Source: Catajapyx aquilonaris (taxonomy: Eukaryota). From it: a stretch of DNA of 45,776 nt. Position 1 is the stretch's first letter. Each line of letters opens with the position of its first letter. Of this stretch, positions 25,301 through 37,070 are shown piece after piece. The notes beneath the pieces were generated by a model, which had not been told where the DNA came from, did not search any database, and saw only the letters and a program-made list of their open reading frames with translations. The translations under genes were made by a program, and so were the position numbers. The stretch spans positions 1 through 45,776 of the forward strand of contig JYFJ02003160.1 in NCBI GenBank assembly GCA_000934665.2. Direction: 5' to 3'.

Positions 25301-25963
25301 GCTCCATCATAAACTCCATTCTTGTATCAAATCTTATGGAATACGACTCGCACTCAACAAATTCATCTGCCATTTCTTTCTTATTTTCCTTCAGTTCTTA
25401 GTACCTTCCCATTTTCTTCAATTCACTTCAGTTTGTCGGCTAATTATGCTTAAAATGCCAACCACTCCCCATTCAGTCATAAATTAATTCAGAACATATT
25501 AATTGCTGATCGCGGAACCAAATGCAGCCCATCCATAATCAGAAATTTTACACAGCACAGTTACACTGAAATGCACCATACCTGTATGAATACGAATGTG
25601 ACCCACAAGTTGAGCGTGATTATAACATGTGACATTGCATAATTTGCATGCCCATTTCCGCCTCATGGGCTGTGGCTTAGTTTCCTGCACATCCCCATCA
25701 GTTTCGAAAGGTCGCCAAAAACTGCCTGCACTAGTTTTTGTACTAGTTGTAATCTTGGGCAAAATGGGGCCGCAAGTGATGGATGGCTTCAGTTTCCTAG
25801 TAACTTCCAATTTCTTATAAGCTGTTCTAAGGCGATAGTCACACCATGCTTCTCTGCATGTAAAGTCTATGAGATCTCGTGTGGTGCACATGCAGTTAGA
25901 TTCAAACTCACTGAATCCATCACCCGGCTGGAATATGTTCACATGCAAGTACGTTGTGCACAT
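16334..25963 (-). CDS. hkb: Huckebein-like C2H2 zinc-finger transcription factor (4 fingers), spliced
   Basis: Hand-assembled complement(join(16334..16397,18094..18206,24647..24759,25582..25963)); start is ATG 25963 or 25891. All introns are GT-AG with matching phases 1, 0, 2. Fingers: [113 protein letters not shown]. Recognition helices (QLx[14 protein letters not shown], RxDHLxKH) match my recollection of Drosophila Huckebein; WRPF motif lies N-terminal to the fingers. The symbol is a family-level call. Confidence 0.8.
18094..18206 (-). CDS. hkb-like exon 3 (finger 3 and start of finger 4)
   Basis: Acceptor tgtcttgttttcag|gac, donor ag|gtaagg; [37 protein letters not shown](R). Confidence 0.9.
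19389..19454 (+). promoter_or_regulatory. Putative promoter of the protamine-like gene: reverse CCAAT plus three RFX X-box-like motifs
   Basis: attgg (19389-19393); gttgtcccaaacaac (19402-19416); gtccctgggcaac (19420-19432); gtttacatggtgac (19441-19454). All lie about 100-170 nt upstream of the ATG. Confidence 0.45.
19557..20119 (+). CDS. Histone H1/H5-derived protamine-like basic nuclear protein (winged helix plus Lys/Arg-rich tail), 151 aa
   Basis: join(19557..19784,19892..20119); start context gccATGg; intron gtcagt...tttttcag, phase 0. Exon 1 [37 protein letters not shown]...[22 protein letters not shown] has H15-domain hallmarks (AI..L.DR.GSS...IK.Y; ALKRG; GSFR). Exon 2 ends in a 53-aa tail with 17 K, 17 R, Gly and Cys. 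AATAAA at 20405-20410. Confidence 0.85.
24647..24759 (-). CDS. hkb-like exon 2 (finger 2)
   Basis: Acceptor tttctctgcag|gt, donor cag|gtatga; (G)[37 protein letters not shown]. Confidence 0.9.
25582..25963 (-). CDS. hkb-like exon 1 (N-terminus, WRPF motif, finger 1)
   Basis: Part of ORF 25499..25963; ends HIRIHT-g|gtatgg. The 5' boundary is uncertain (ATG 25963, or acceptor at 25928 with ATG 25891). Confidence 0.8.
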
Positions 25964-28900
25964 GCCGCTTGCTCTTGCACCTCAGGCATGAAAATTCACT
26001 CCATGCACTGAAGTGGTGCTTGCCTTGTTTTATCAACTCCAATGATAATCAAACATTACGCCCCTTTCAAATGTGGGAGGGTATCCCCATTAGGCCATCA
26101 GAGAATGGGCCCCCACAAAATAACATTAGGGCATCAATGTGAGAGTGTCAGCTATTTGCACATGAAAATATTTGCAATGCTGATACCACATGAATTTGTG
26201 GGTGCTTCATGTCTAAGCGAATAAAACTAACCCTCCAATTCTAATGGCATAGCCCTGGTAGAGCACACAGAACATTTTTTTTGTCTTCGTTAAGCAACTG
26301 CTGTTCGCGTGGCTGATCACTCGATTGCCTTGTAATCTTATCCTATGAACAATGGACCCACGCCTACCACTTCACAAATATCGCTACTGTCTTATTTGCA
26401 CACCATCAGGCACTCGACCTAAGGTCTTTTACACACACACACACATCCAAGGTTTGGCATAACCACAAAATGTGATTTAAACTATTTAAAAACATGTAAC
26501 ACATTTCCTTGCACTGAACTAGCATCTCCTAATGTCCAAGGCATAAAGAGATGTTCATTAAATCAAATGCTGGGAACAAGCATAAGGCTGACAGGCCATC
26601 AGGGGCAACCGCATGGTACCGCAAGTATAGGCATTAACTAGGACAGAGCAATTACAAATTTAATCCTTACCGAGCATGCAATACCATAGTTAAAAATCAC
26701 TTCCTGCACATGCAAGCCAGATTGCCATAACCAACAATCACTTCTTGTCGTATAAATGGCAGCGTTCACTTGCAGGTGACAGCTGATTCCTATCACCGCA
26801 ACCCACATGATGGTACCAAGGAAAATATTTTTTGCATCAGCCTTTTATGTACTAGTAGCGAGTAATCAACCCATATTCACATGAAGTATTTAATCATAAA
26901 GCACATCATCAGTTTACTACTGAGCCTTTGAAGCATTATGCAGCAACGCAACACATGACAAAGGATCAGTAGCTTACTATCTCAATGTCTGCTATTGCAC
27001 CATAGGCAAGGAATGTGCCTTTTAAAAATATCACATAAAAATTAATAATGTAGCTGTCAATTAGAAATTGCATTATTACTCATGTCAACAGGCTAAATTT
27101 GGGAGAAAAATAATTATTTCTTTGTCAATAAATTCCATGAAGTTGCTCTGAACAAATATGGATCCAGTGCGAATGGCAGCTAATTACTGAAAAGTGAGGC
27201 TTCAAACACAAGGTATCAAAATATACTGATATGTACGCATCCCTCCACACATAGGTGTTACCATGACTTCATTCTCATACAGTGCATGAGAGTGTCACCA
27301 AGTAGATCCAAGTGTCATATACATTATACGCACAGAGGGGTGCAAAGGTATTCTTTTATTAATGCTAAATCCGCACAGTGCAGATCAAAGTACAGCCATT
27401 CCCTTTGGCACATTTTCTCCTAAAGTTGAGCCGCACCGTTGATGACCATTAATTCAGTCTGCGTTAAATCTGATATAAAGTGAGAGCCTTTTAACCATTG
27501 CCCTAGCTGCCACGCATCAACTTGAAACTACGGAGTGATCACCCACTTTGTTATTAACCATAATGAGCCAGCACTTTCCTTTGTGTTGGTTTTATTTTTT
27601 ATTTTTTAAAGTGCATGTGGCCAGAATCACAAAAAGTTCACCCGTACAACATCAAGCCCACAACAAAAACTGTGGCTGAATCCGCACTACCCACAGGCTT
27701 GCAATAGCCGCTCTAATTACATTGTAATGCTCGTTATTTTTTATGACCTGTCTCACCTGATGTTTTTGCCGCCTGATTCACACGCACATGGCCACAACAA
27801 AGGACGATTTACACGTGTCGAATTTTTGATAAATAAGGACAAAAATTACTGTCCAATCAGACAACACCACTTGTCAATTACGACCAATTGAAATGCAGTG
27901 TGTTACATGCGCCTGCGTACACTAGATCATGCACGTGCATTGTTGTGCTGTGTACTTTAAACTGTTGTAGATTTAATACAACATGATAGTATTAATGTGG
28001 TATGATTGTTTAAAAAAATAACTTAACATTTGACAGTACATGTTGCCAGATGATGCGCATGATTTGAACTTCATATGCTGTACAGTTCACCGCAATACTT
28101 AGTATGCAGGTTGTGTACACTTTTACAATAATTTATCCTTGGTTTTAAAAAAAACGCACACACAGCATGCAAAAGCCTGCATATGAAAAACAGCTTAACC
28201 TTGAGACTTTTTTTTTTTTGAATTAATATTTTCTCCCATATTCACCATCATGCGAGTGCAATTACTAAATAATTTGTTCACAAACGGAGATGGTACGGCT
28301 TTCCGCTGAGTAACAGGAACAAAGTCTGCAAAATATTTACCAATGAACGATAAATTCCGATACCCAAGCATATTGTAAATCACACATAATTTCAGTCGAT
28401 ACCTGTAATAAAACAATTTTTTAAAAATTAAGGTCATTTAATCGCTCTTTTTCTCTTCTTTACATAATAGACAGATGCTGTGTTACTGCAATAATATAAT
28501 AGACACGCTAACCATTATCATCAACTGGTCCACATAATATGGTTTAGGTGTAAAGTCCCCGCCACTACACTTTTTTTTTTGAGACAACATTTGTTATAAT
28601 CTGCACAATTTCTCAACAATAAATAGTTCACTCTGAGCCTCCTACATTATTGCAACAAAGTAATAAAATAAAATAAAGCGTCCATTTTTTTGGGTAACGG
28701 AGCCAGGGAAGGAACTCTTCCGTCCTTTTCCTTTCTCCAAACAAATATCGAGAAGGGGTTGGGTTACCAAGCAACAATAACAACAGTTAAAAACAAAGAT
28801 TACCAAAAAAAAAAAAATTTACACACCATTTCCAACCAACAAGTTCAGTCTTCTTGTTTCCGTTTTGATCACTGCACAGGGGGGTAAAATTACTGACTCC

Positions 28901-30485
28901 ATCAATGTCTGTAACAATGACGCAAGGCAGATCGCGTCAACACACGTCAAGTTTAAAGGACGCTTATCATGCATCGACACAATCCAGCAGAGGGAATAAG
29001 TGAAACAAATTTTTAAACTCCCACTGCAACATCCCATTTCAACACGCACACAGCCTTTTCATGCACATTAACTATATGAAGACAGCGACGACACCAAGAT
29101 TTGCGTTACACGGTATTCTCGCATTTTTGTCATCTCAGCAAGCCAAGCTCCATGCTGATAAGGATACGACGTAACATCTGCTGCCTGTACAAGTGAAGAA
29201 ATCATGCCTGTAAAAAGAACATATTCTCCTTCCACGTCACAAAAAGCACAAGTTAAGCAAATTGCAGTAAAAACCCTTCTTTTCTGCGAGAAGGGGAACT
29301 ACCTGTGAGCAATAAAATGAAGCAATATTGCACTTGCGAGAACACGACTAATAATACCTGCAGATATAGCTTACGTCAACCTGGTTGCATCATCGGTGTA
29401 CAATTAACCGAGGCTTTGTTCTCAGTTTTGTTTACTTAGCCGTCACAAACAATAAGTGGAATGAACCTGCCAGCAATCGCGTACCTTCAGTGTGAAATGG
29501 GGTGTTACTCATACCTGACACAAATGTATCACACATGCCTTGTGATTATTTGAGAATCCTGCAATGATTTTTACCACAAAAACATCGCACTTAATTTAAT
29601 ACTCATAATTAAGTTGACTTCGCTTCACCTTAGAAGGCAAGCACAACTGATGTCTGCATGATGACAAGTACTCTGGTGGCCCACAATAACCAAATTCACT
29701 TGGTTTGTATCAATTACACATACATACCCGCAGAATATAAATGAGTGACAAATTGAGACTCCTTTTCCATATAATTATTAAGGTTGTAAATACCAGCATC
29801 TGATTAAATGCTTTGGATTCATAAGTTTTATATTCTGAATAAAACATGCAGGGCTTGGATTACTTTATATTATTTCTCAAGCTTTCTCTTCATTAGAATA
29901 ATAAAGCTTACACCACTTATTACAGCAGTAATTGAGCTTCCGTAATGTAATTAAGTGCTTATCAATTGAAATACCACAGCTGTTCAATTTAATTTGCAAG
30001 AATCCGAGGAAGCATTAACTGTCACGAAAATTGCCAAATATGATTCACAGCACTCGAAGCACTGCATGCGCCAAAAGACAGTAGTATATATTTGTACACA
30101 ATTACAACTATAAATTAATAATCTCTCAACAGCGCCTGACCCTTACATAAAATGACTTCATGGAGTCGGTAAGGTTAAATAGATAACTTTTTGCAAAGCT
30201 GAAGTACCATGACAGACAAGCACTCAAGCAAATCGGCTGGTTCACCCCATGCTGCATCATTGTTACAGACATAAATGACAGACCCAGTCAGCAACAATAA
30301 AGCTGTAAAAGACACTGGTGTGACTGGGATATTATTTTGGCACAAGATGCACTTGCCACATCTGCTTGCCAACTGCGGCCCACTTTCCAAGTGTAACGTA
30401 TTATTATCAGCAGTTATACAAGTACCGATGGGTACATGGGAGACGCCTGTAAACTGAACGGTTAAGAGAAGAGTTATTTGGCTTT

Positions 30486-33400
30486 TTAGCCAAACTCAGG
30501 TCCCAACAGCTGCTCCATATTCCCCGGATTGTTCTCTGGAATGCCACCTGGTGCTGACTCTGCCTTGGTTTCTCCCTCTGCCTTGTACAGAATTTCGTGG
30601 CATAACGGACACCTGTCCTGCACATACAGCCACTTTCTCAAGCAGATGCTGTGGAAGAAGTGTCGACAATGGGTGATTTTGGCTGATCGCATCTCCTGGT
30701 AGCATATTGCGCATACGTCATCCAGAGTTGCCAGCTGGTGTGCTGTTGCCTCCGGAAGGCTATTGATCTTGTTCACAGCTGTCCTTCGCTTCATAAACAC
30801 ACTCCAACCAGAGCGAGCCTCGCACCATATGTTGAAGTAAGCATGTATGCACATCATGATGGCACGTATGGTGCCACCTGACTCAAACAGTAGGATCCAG
30901 GCACCATTGAAGAACAGGAAGATTCCAAAGAAGAACTCCACCGTGTTGCCAAACGCACGTATGTAGTACACATAGTCATCCAAACCTTCCCAAAATGTTG
31001 CCCGCCAGGCATCAGCCAAGAAGAGAGCATATATGGCCAGAGAAACCAGCACTTTGACCACAACTTCAACACTGAAGGCTGATACAGCCAGTAACCAAGT
31101 GTTAACTGTGTGGTGTGTCCACAAATAAAATAGCAGCACAGTTGGTGCCACCAGCAGGAAGAGGCAGACCGACAATGCCCGCACGTGACGATGCATTGCC
31201 GGATTGTGCGATGCACTCAATGACATCATCAAGGGATTGACCATGTTGTGCACAAAATGAAGCAGGGCTGTAAACAGGAGGCAAAAGTTGCGACAGAGGC
31301 GCACAAACCTCTTCTCTGGCTCCAGAGTTGTTAACCCAGTTTGAAGTGCCAGTATGAAGAATAATATAGCTGACACTGTGCCTATACTCCTATCATCCTC
31401 CTCATCCACTAATAACAGCCGCTGTAATGCGCACCCTACAAAGTGACATGCACGTGATATGACACTAGTCATCCCTAAAACAGCAGTCAATGTCTCACAA
31501 CCACGAATCAGGGCTGACACAACAGCGCCACTTCCGGCCCCACTGCCAGCCCAAGTACTACCAGCTATCTGTTCCCCAACTCGCACCACCCAGAAAGTAC
31601 GAAGCACACACGGTACATTGATACGTGTCCATTCAGCTTCTAGTAAGTTGTGAAGCCCAAAGTTACGCACATACGCCCGTGTGTGGGAAACACCATGACG
31701 TAAGACATGAAGGCCAGATGGGGCACCAGTCCACAGGGAGTGCTTGACAACCAGAAGTGGGATTACAGTCGCAAAGGCAGGCAGGTGCTCCAATACAGAG
31801 GCTGGAAGAGGCAGGGCCGCTGCCACAGTTGGAGCTGCAAAGCAGCATACCACACAGAGATCCAGCACCTACAACATATAAGAAACCAATTTTGAGGGAC
31901 GATATCAAATTATTCACGGAGCCACGAGTTAAGATTCTTCTTCCCTGACCACAGGAATACAGAAATTGACCTTCATAAACATTTCTGAGTCATCTTTTCA
32001 CATAAGACAAGGTCATTCTAACCAGAATAACATTGTTTTCAACTAGTAAATAACTTATTCACATACGCTCAACTTCCACTACCAAGTTGAACGCAAAAAA
32101 ATATTACACCATTTGCACATTATTGGTAGTGGTGTGGTTTCTTCGGATGCATTTAAAGGTAAAAAATTGAGTACGAACAGCTAATTTTGAACCGAATTGA
32201 ACAGCGACTTAAAACTGCAACCTTGAAGATGAAAACATGTGCACTGCAGAAAATCAAGTATGTGCAATCACCAGCTTCCTGACTTTGCAAAAATACAAAA
32301 CTACATAAGAGGCAATTTGTGCAGCACAATACTATTCAAAGTCACTTCCTTCGACGTCTTGAAAACTGTGCACACTTATTGCAGTAGGAGTTTACTTTGG
32401 AAATTGCAACATTATTTTTCCACATAAAACTAATAATGAAGTATGATAATAATTACCATTTAATATCTACTAGTAGCACCCTTCATTTTGACTTGCATTC
32501 AATTTGACTTTAATATGCAATTAGTCAGTGTGTGCCATATTGTTGTCAATATGCCATATTGTATTGTATTATCATTTTGTATTATCATATTGTATTGTCA
32601 ATATGCCATATTGTTGTCAATATTTGCTCACCAAACTTTTTGCGATAGAAGACACGTATAAAAGGCTTACATGAATCCTAAACTAAGGAATAAAAATACT
32701 GTACTATTACCATGCAACAAAATATTTGTCACGTTGATAAAATTTACATTACCTGTTGCCTACCCGTCTGCCCTCCTCCCCCTGCATTCCCGCTCCCACT
32801 GCTGCTCCCTGCACTCCGGAGGTATCCAAACCCTACTCCCAACGCCATTTGCACTGCATAGTTGGCGACCATAGGCACCAGCACAGTGTTCGAGTCTAGT
32901 ATCCTCGAAGGACTGAGGGCTGCCATGGCCTCGGAAAAACTTCCTGGAACTTCTACTTGCGGTGTGACTGTTGCAGCATCCAGTCGAGAACCCAGGATCG
33001 CCCTGGTCATGTGCAGGTTGCTCCAGTAGGACAGTACCACAATCAGGGTGGACAGAAGATGGCAATACACTATCAGCAAGTGCCTGGTGTTCAGCAAGAA
33101 TGTGCACAATGCAGCACTAAAACCTGAGGAATAAATAAAATCACTAATCACAGCTGCTTATGATGCTGCTACACAATCTACAGTGTGTCCCAAAAATTCT
33201 GGTCCTCTTTGTTATCGTAAATTTTGCTCCTTGCTAGTTTTGCATGCTCCAATCAAGGTGTCATACATAATTGGACACCTCGATTAGGAGGACTGCTTCT
33301 GACAAAATTGCATCTCCCAAATGTTCATTAATTCTTTGGCATTTGCAGGCGAAAAGTATGAAATTCACAATCCAAATAAATGAAGATTTGGCACAACGTG

Positions 33401-34219
33401 GTTTTAACAATTTTGGCAAACATGAGCCACCGAATGTTCGATCAAATCCATGTCAAGCTTATGACCTAATAATATCACAAGAATATGCAATCTATTGGGA
33501 GGTACCAGATGTTCACATTTCTTACCAGTGAATAGAAAATGAGAATAGGAATGATAACTCTCTATCTCTCTCTATCACATAATGCAGCAGAAAAATGAAC
33601 CATTGTTGTAGTGTCTACATATCTCTGGCACGCAAGTCTCACCCCCTTTATCCCTTCTGGTCAGCTTCATTCATCGCAGAGAAAAAAAAAATCCCTGTGA
33701 CAATTTACACTTGTATAATCCATCACAACATGTAGCACAAGTATTGCGCCCGAGCTGCTCAAAATGATAAAAAATGAAAATAATATGAACAAGACATCCC
33801 GAGAGAATTCTGTTAACAAAATATCAACAATAAGAAGCATACACCTACTGACCCATCTCCTCAGAATATTTACACCTTCTTTTGTGTCTTCAAATTAAAA
33901 TTATATTGTCATTAAAACAACGTATTACATCAAAATACAGACCTAGACAGCAGAGGAAGAACTTGCAAAGCAGAGTAGTAACAGGTCGAGCAAAGAAGCT
34001 ATCTTGGAAGAGCTGCTGGGCTGCGGAAGCATTATTGAGCGCTGCAATGGTTGGGTGGAGGTTGAGTCCTTCGGGTCCGACTTTTGTGAAGGTGGTCTCG
34101 GTCAGGCCAAACCCTATCCGGAGAAACTCATCCATCACAAATAGAGGTGGGACGCGAAGGACAACGTCCAGCACGTCCACCAGCCGGTTCTGCATCACAT
34201 GGGCTGCTTCCACCTCCAT
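30486..34219 (-). CDS. Trc8: TRC8/RNF139 homolog, multi-pass ER RING-H2 E3 ubiquitin ligase (about 676 aa)
   Basis: complement(join(30486..31868,32753..33123,33943..34219)); phases 1 and 0, GT-AG. N-terminal VDVLDVVLRVPPLFVMD, many hydrophobic segments, LDDYVYYIRAFGNTVEFFFG, and RING-H2 CAICYQEMRSAKITHCRHFFHSICLRKWLYVQDRCPLC. Likely 5'UTR acceptor at 34247 and candidate upstream donor at 36254. Confidence 0.93.
32533..32623. repeat. Short AT-rich tandem repeat in a TRC8 intron
   Basis: Reiterated tgccatattgttgtcaata / tattgtattatca units. Confidence 0.6.
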
Positions 34220-34585
34220 CGCTAGGCTTGCCTTATGATCCTACGGCTGCAATAAATTGCTATTATATTACAAATTCATCAAGAAAACGCTAACCGTCAG
34301 TTACCTAAAAGCATGTCAACAAAATAGCGGCATTTTATGCTGAATATTCGCAAAGATTGCTCCAAGTGCAATTATCTAGTATTTACAAAATTATTACAGG
34401 CATGTAGCACTACTTAATATATATTAATGGCCGACAATCTAGTGTCTGTTATCTACTGTTGGTTAATCCCTGGCTAACAACTGATAGTATTTGCCAGCTG
34501 TTTCAGTGGCGCAACCAAAGATTACATACACCATCACATTTCTAGCTAGTTAAAGATGGTTTCAGCAATAACTTTCAGGTAATGA

Positions 34586-34660
34586 TACTGTGGAACATCG
34601 ATTATCCGAAACGACGGGGGACTGCGGGTGTTCGGATAACTGATTTTTCGGATAACAGAT
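34586..34660 (+). mobile_element. Pogo/Tigger-like (Tc1/mariner) MITE terminal remnant
   Basis: ta-ctgtggaacatcgattatccgaa followed by inverted ttcggataac copies resembles the TA-CAGTRGAACCTCGATTATCCG termini I recall for pogo-like elements. The partner end was not found. Confidence 0.45.
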
Positions 34661-35652
34661 CATTTCACTGTATTATCACAGGCCCACTGGCGTGCTTTTC
34701 CTACATGGTTACTTACTATAGTATGCCTTAGTACTCGTAACGGTTTGAGTGCTATTGATAGAACCAGGCCTAATAAGCTTCCACGCAATGAGCACTTGCA
34801 CTGTCCTTGCAGGGTTGAGAATAGCAATGATGTCACCAAAAATAAGCACACTACACTATTTCATGGCACGTAAAAATTAAATTTGCTTATTATAATAATT
34901 CAAAACACTTAACTTTGCTTTGAATTTTCGTTCCACTGCTAGCTACGGTTAAGTTAGCAGTACGTAGCAGTGCGACAAAAATTATACTGATTTAAGATGC
35001 AGCGTAATTGTGATTTCCTCGCTGCTGGCCACTTTACCTGCAGAGCAATCCTGTGAGGCGTTCAACGCAACGTACTGAGGCATTGCCATCACACCACGAA
35101 TTACCATGAAGTGTCTCTAAAATAACTTCTGTCACTAATAATTCATTCCTGGAATATAAACCAGCTCCCTTGGATCACCCAGAGGTCAGCCTGAGGGTGT
35201 GTTCCAACCAGTTCCAACCCGTTTACAAAGTTCGCAGTACTCCCAAAGCACCCAAACAAATGGGATGGGGGGAAAAAACCCCCCATTGGTAATTCCCCTC
35301 GAGGCGAAAGGTGGTTGCCCCAATGTGCCCCTCTGAACAGCAGCACATGGCTGGCACCCCTCCCCACGCGAAGTGGTACCAACCAGCAGCTGGAGGTGAG
35401 GTGCCACCGTTCGACGGCCTCTTCCCTGGTTGTCCGGCAGCAGCCTGGACAGCTCCATCGTCCCCGTCCGATCAGACGGAAGGGAAAGGTTGCTCTGCTC
35501 AGAGGAAAATGGCCGACATTTGGATCGAACTTGAACGAGACCATGGATTGTGCATTATGCTTGTACTTGCCACTACAAAACGACAGGTGGAGACATCGGC
35601 GCTCTCAGACAGGGAGATTTGAAAATCCGAGTGCGCACCACAGTTCGCGCAT

Positions 35653-36238
35653 ACAGCCAAAATCTTTTACCGCCAATTCCCTGACAGCCAAAAACAGCCA
35701 AAATCTTTTTCCGCCAAAACGGGTCCGCCAACGCCAAGGGTCGCCTGCCTGACAGCCAAAAACTTCTACCGCCAACACACATTTTCCTTTACCGCCTATT
35801 TCCCTTACAACCAATTCCCTTTACAGCAAAAACCCCTGACAGCCAAAAACTCTCACCGCCAATTCCCTTACCGCCAAATTCTTTTACGCCAATTCCCTGC
35901 CAGCCAATTCCCTTTACAGCCAAAACCCCTGACAGCCAAAAACTCTCACCGCCAATTCCCTTACCGCCAAAATATTTTACCGCCAATTCCATGACAGCCA
36001 AAATCTGTTTTCGCCAAAACGGATCCGCCAAGGGTCGCCTCCCTGACAGCCAAAAACTTCTACCACCAACACACCTTTTCCTTTACCGCCAATTTCCCTT
36101 ACAACCAATTCCCTTTACAGCAAAAACCCCTGACAGCCAAAAACTCTCACCGCCAATTCCCTTTACAGCCAAAAACTCCTGACAGCCAAAAACTCTTACC
36201 GCCAATTCCCTGACAGCCAAATTCTTTTACCGCCAAAA
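35653..36238. repeat. Complex tandem array of acagccaaaa / ccgccaattccc units with higher-order duplication
   Basis: Many copies of ctgacagccaaaaact and accgccaattccc; the block beginning ccaagggtcgcct recurs at 35734 and 36028 (294-bp spacing). Confidence 0.9.
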
Positions 36239-36654
36239 CAGGTCTGTCAACTACCTGAGCCGAAGAATATTCAGAGAGCTGTCACTGCTTATGAGAATAG
36301 TCGTGATATAAGCTGCTACTTTCAGCCCAACTTTCTACGTTACTTCATGAGCGAAGAACGGGTTCACTGCTAGTTCAATTATATAAGTTCTCTGTATAGT
36401 GAGTAGGCTGCACGCGACGTTGCCGAGGCTCCGATACGAATGACCACTGGAGAGTAACTCTGGCAACGTTGTCAAAAATATGGAGCTGCGCTAATGTGTG
36501 TGCGCGCTCGGTTGCGCTCGTTAAAAAAAATTAAAACAAGATTGGCAAATCATGCTCGCGAGCGTGATTCGAGTAGACTTTTCCCCCATTGGCAACGGAA
36601 ATTCAAATTGGACAAAAAAATGAACGAATGTTTTCAGTCTCACTTCTCATCGTT

Positions 36655-36910
36655 GCCAAGGGACCCAAGGACACCCGCCTGTATACTTGACCTTGGCGGA
36701 TATAGCTATATCCGGGGCCACTTCCGGTTTTCTGGGTACGCTAGCGTACCCAGAAAACCGGAAGTGGCCGCGGTCACCAGAAGTTGACCATGAACCCTAT
36801 TTTAGTGACGCTTAATCCGAATCCGAAAATTGTTTGTCGATATCTCTTGCGGTTTAAGCCTTGATACCTGTCCACAGACAGACGGACAGAGTCCGTTTCT
36901 ATAAGATTTT
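36655..36910 (+). mobile_element. Putative Helentron/HINE (DINE-1-like) non-autonomous element with internal palindromes
   Basis: Perfect palindromes at 36697-36714 and 36716-36769, tgacct/tgacca motifs, a short (ACAG/ACGG)n microsatellite acagacagacggacaga near 36873-36889, and a T-rich end. Boundaries are approximate. Confidence 0.4.
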
Positions 36911-36975
36911 TATGAGAAAAAGTCTAAAACGCTTTACCTAACGTGCTCACCGGTTACTGTAATGCTGGTAATATA

Positions 36976-37070
36976 CTACAGGGTGATTCTCTCGCTATAC
37001 GAAACCCAAACATTTCCCAATAACTTTTGAATTGTTGCATTGGTTCCCTATGAAAATTGACATGTTCTTA
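36976..37070 (+). mobile_element. Tc1/mariner-type MITE end remnant
   Basis: Begins ta-cagggtgattc, a typical TA + CAGGGTG terminus. Similar starts at about 11862 (tacagggtgattt), about 33179 (tacagtgtgtcccaaaa) and, on the reverse strand, about 17341-17353. Confidence 0.3.

Noticed and set aside
35653..36238. CRISPR-like array, and ORFs in the array (for example 35789..36031)
   Set aside because: Eukaryotic context, no unique spacers, no cas genes; the ORFs are repeat translations.
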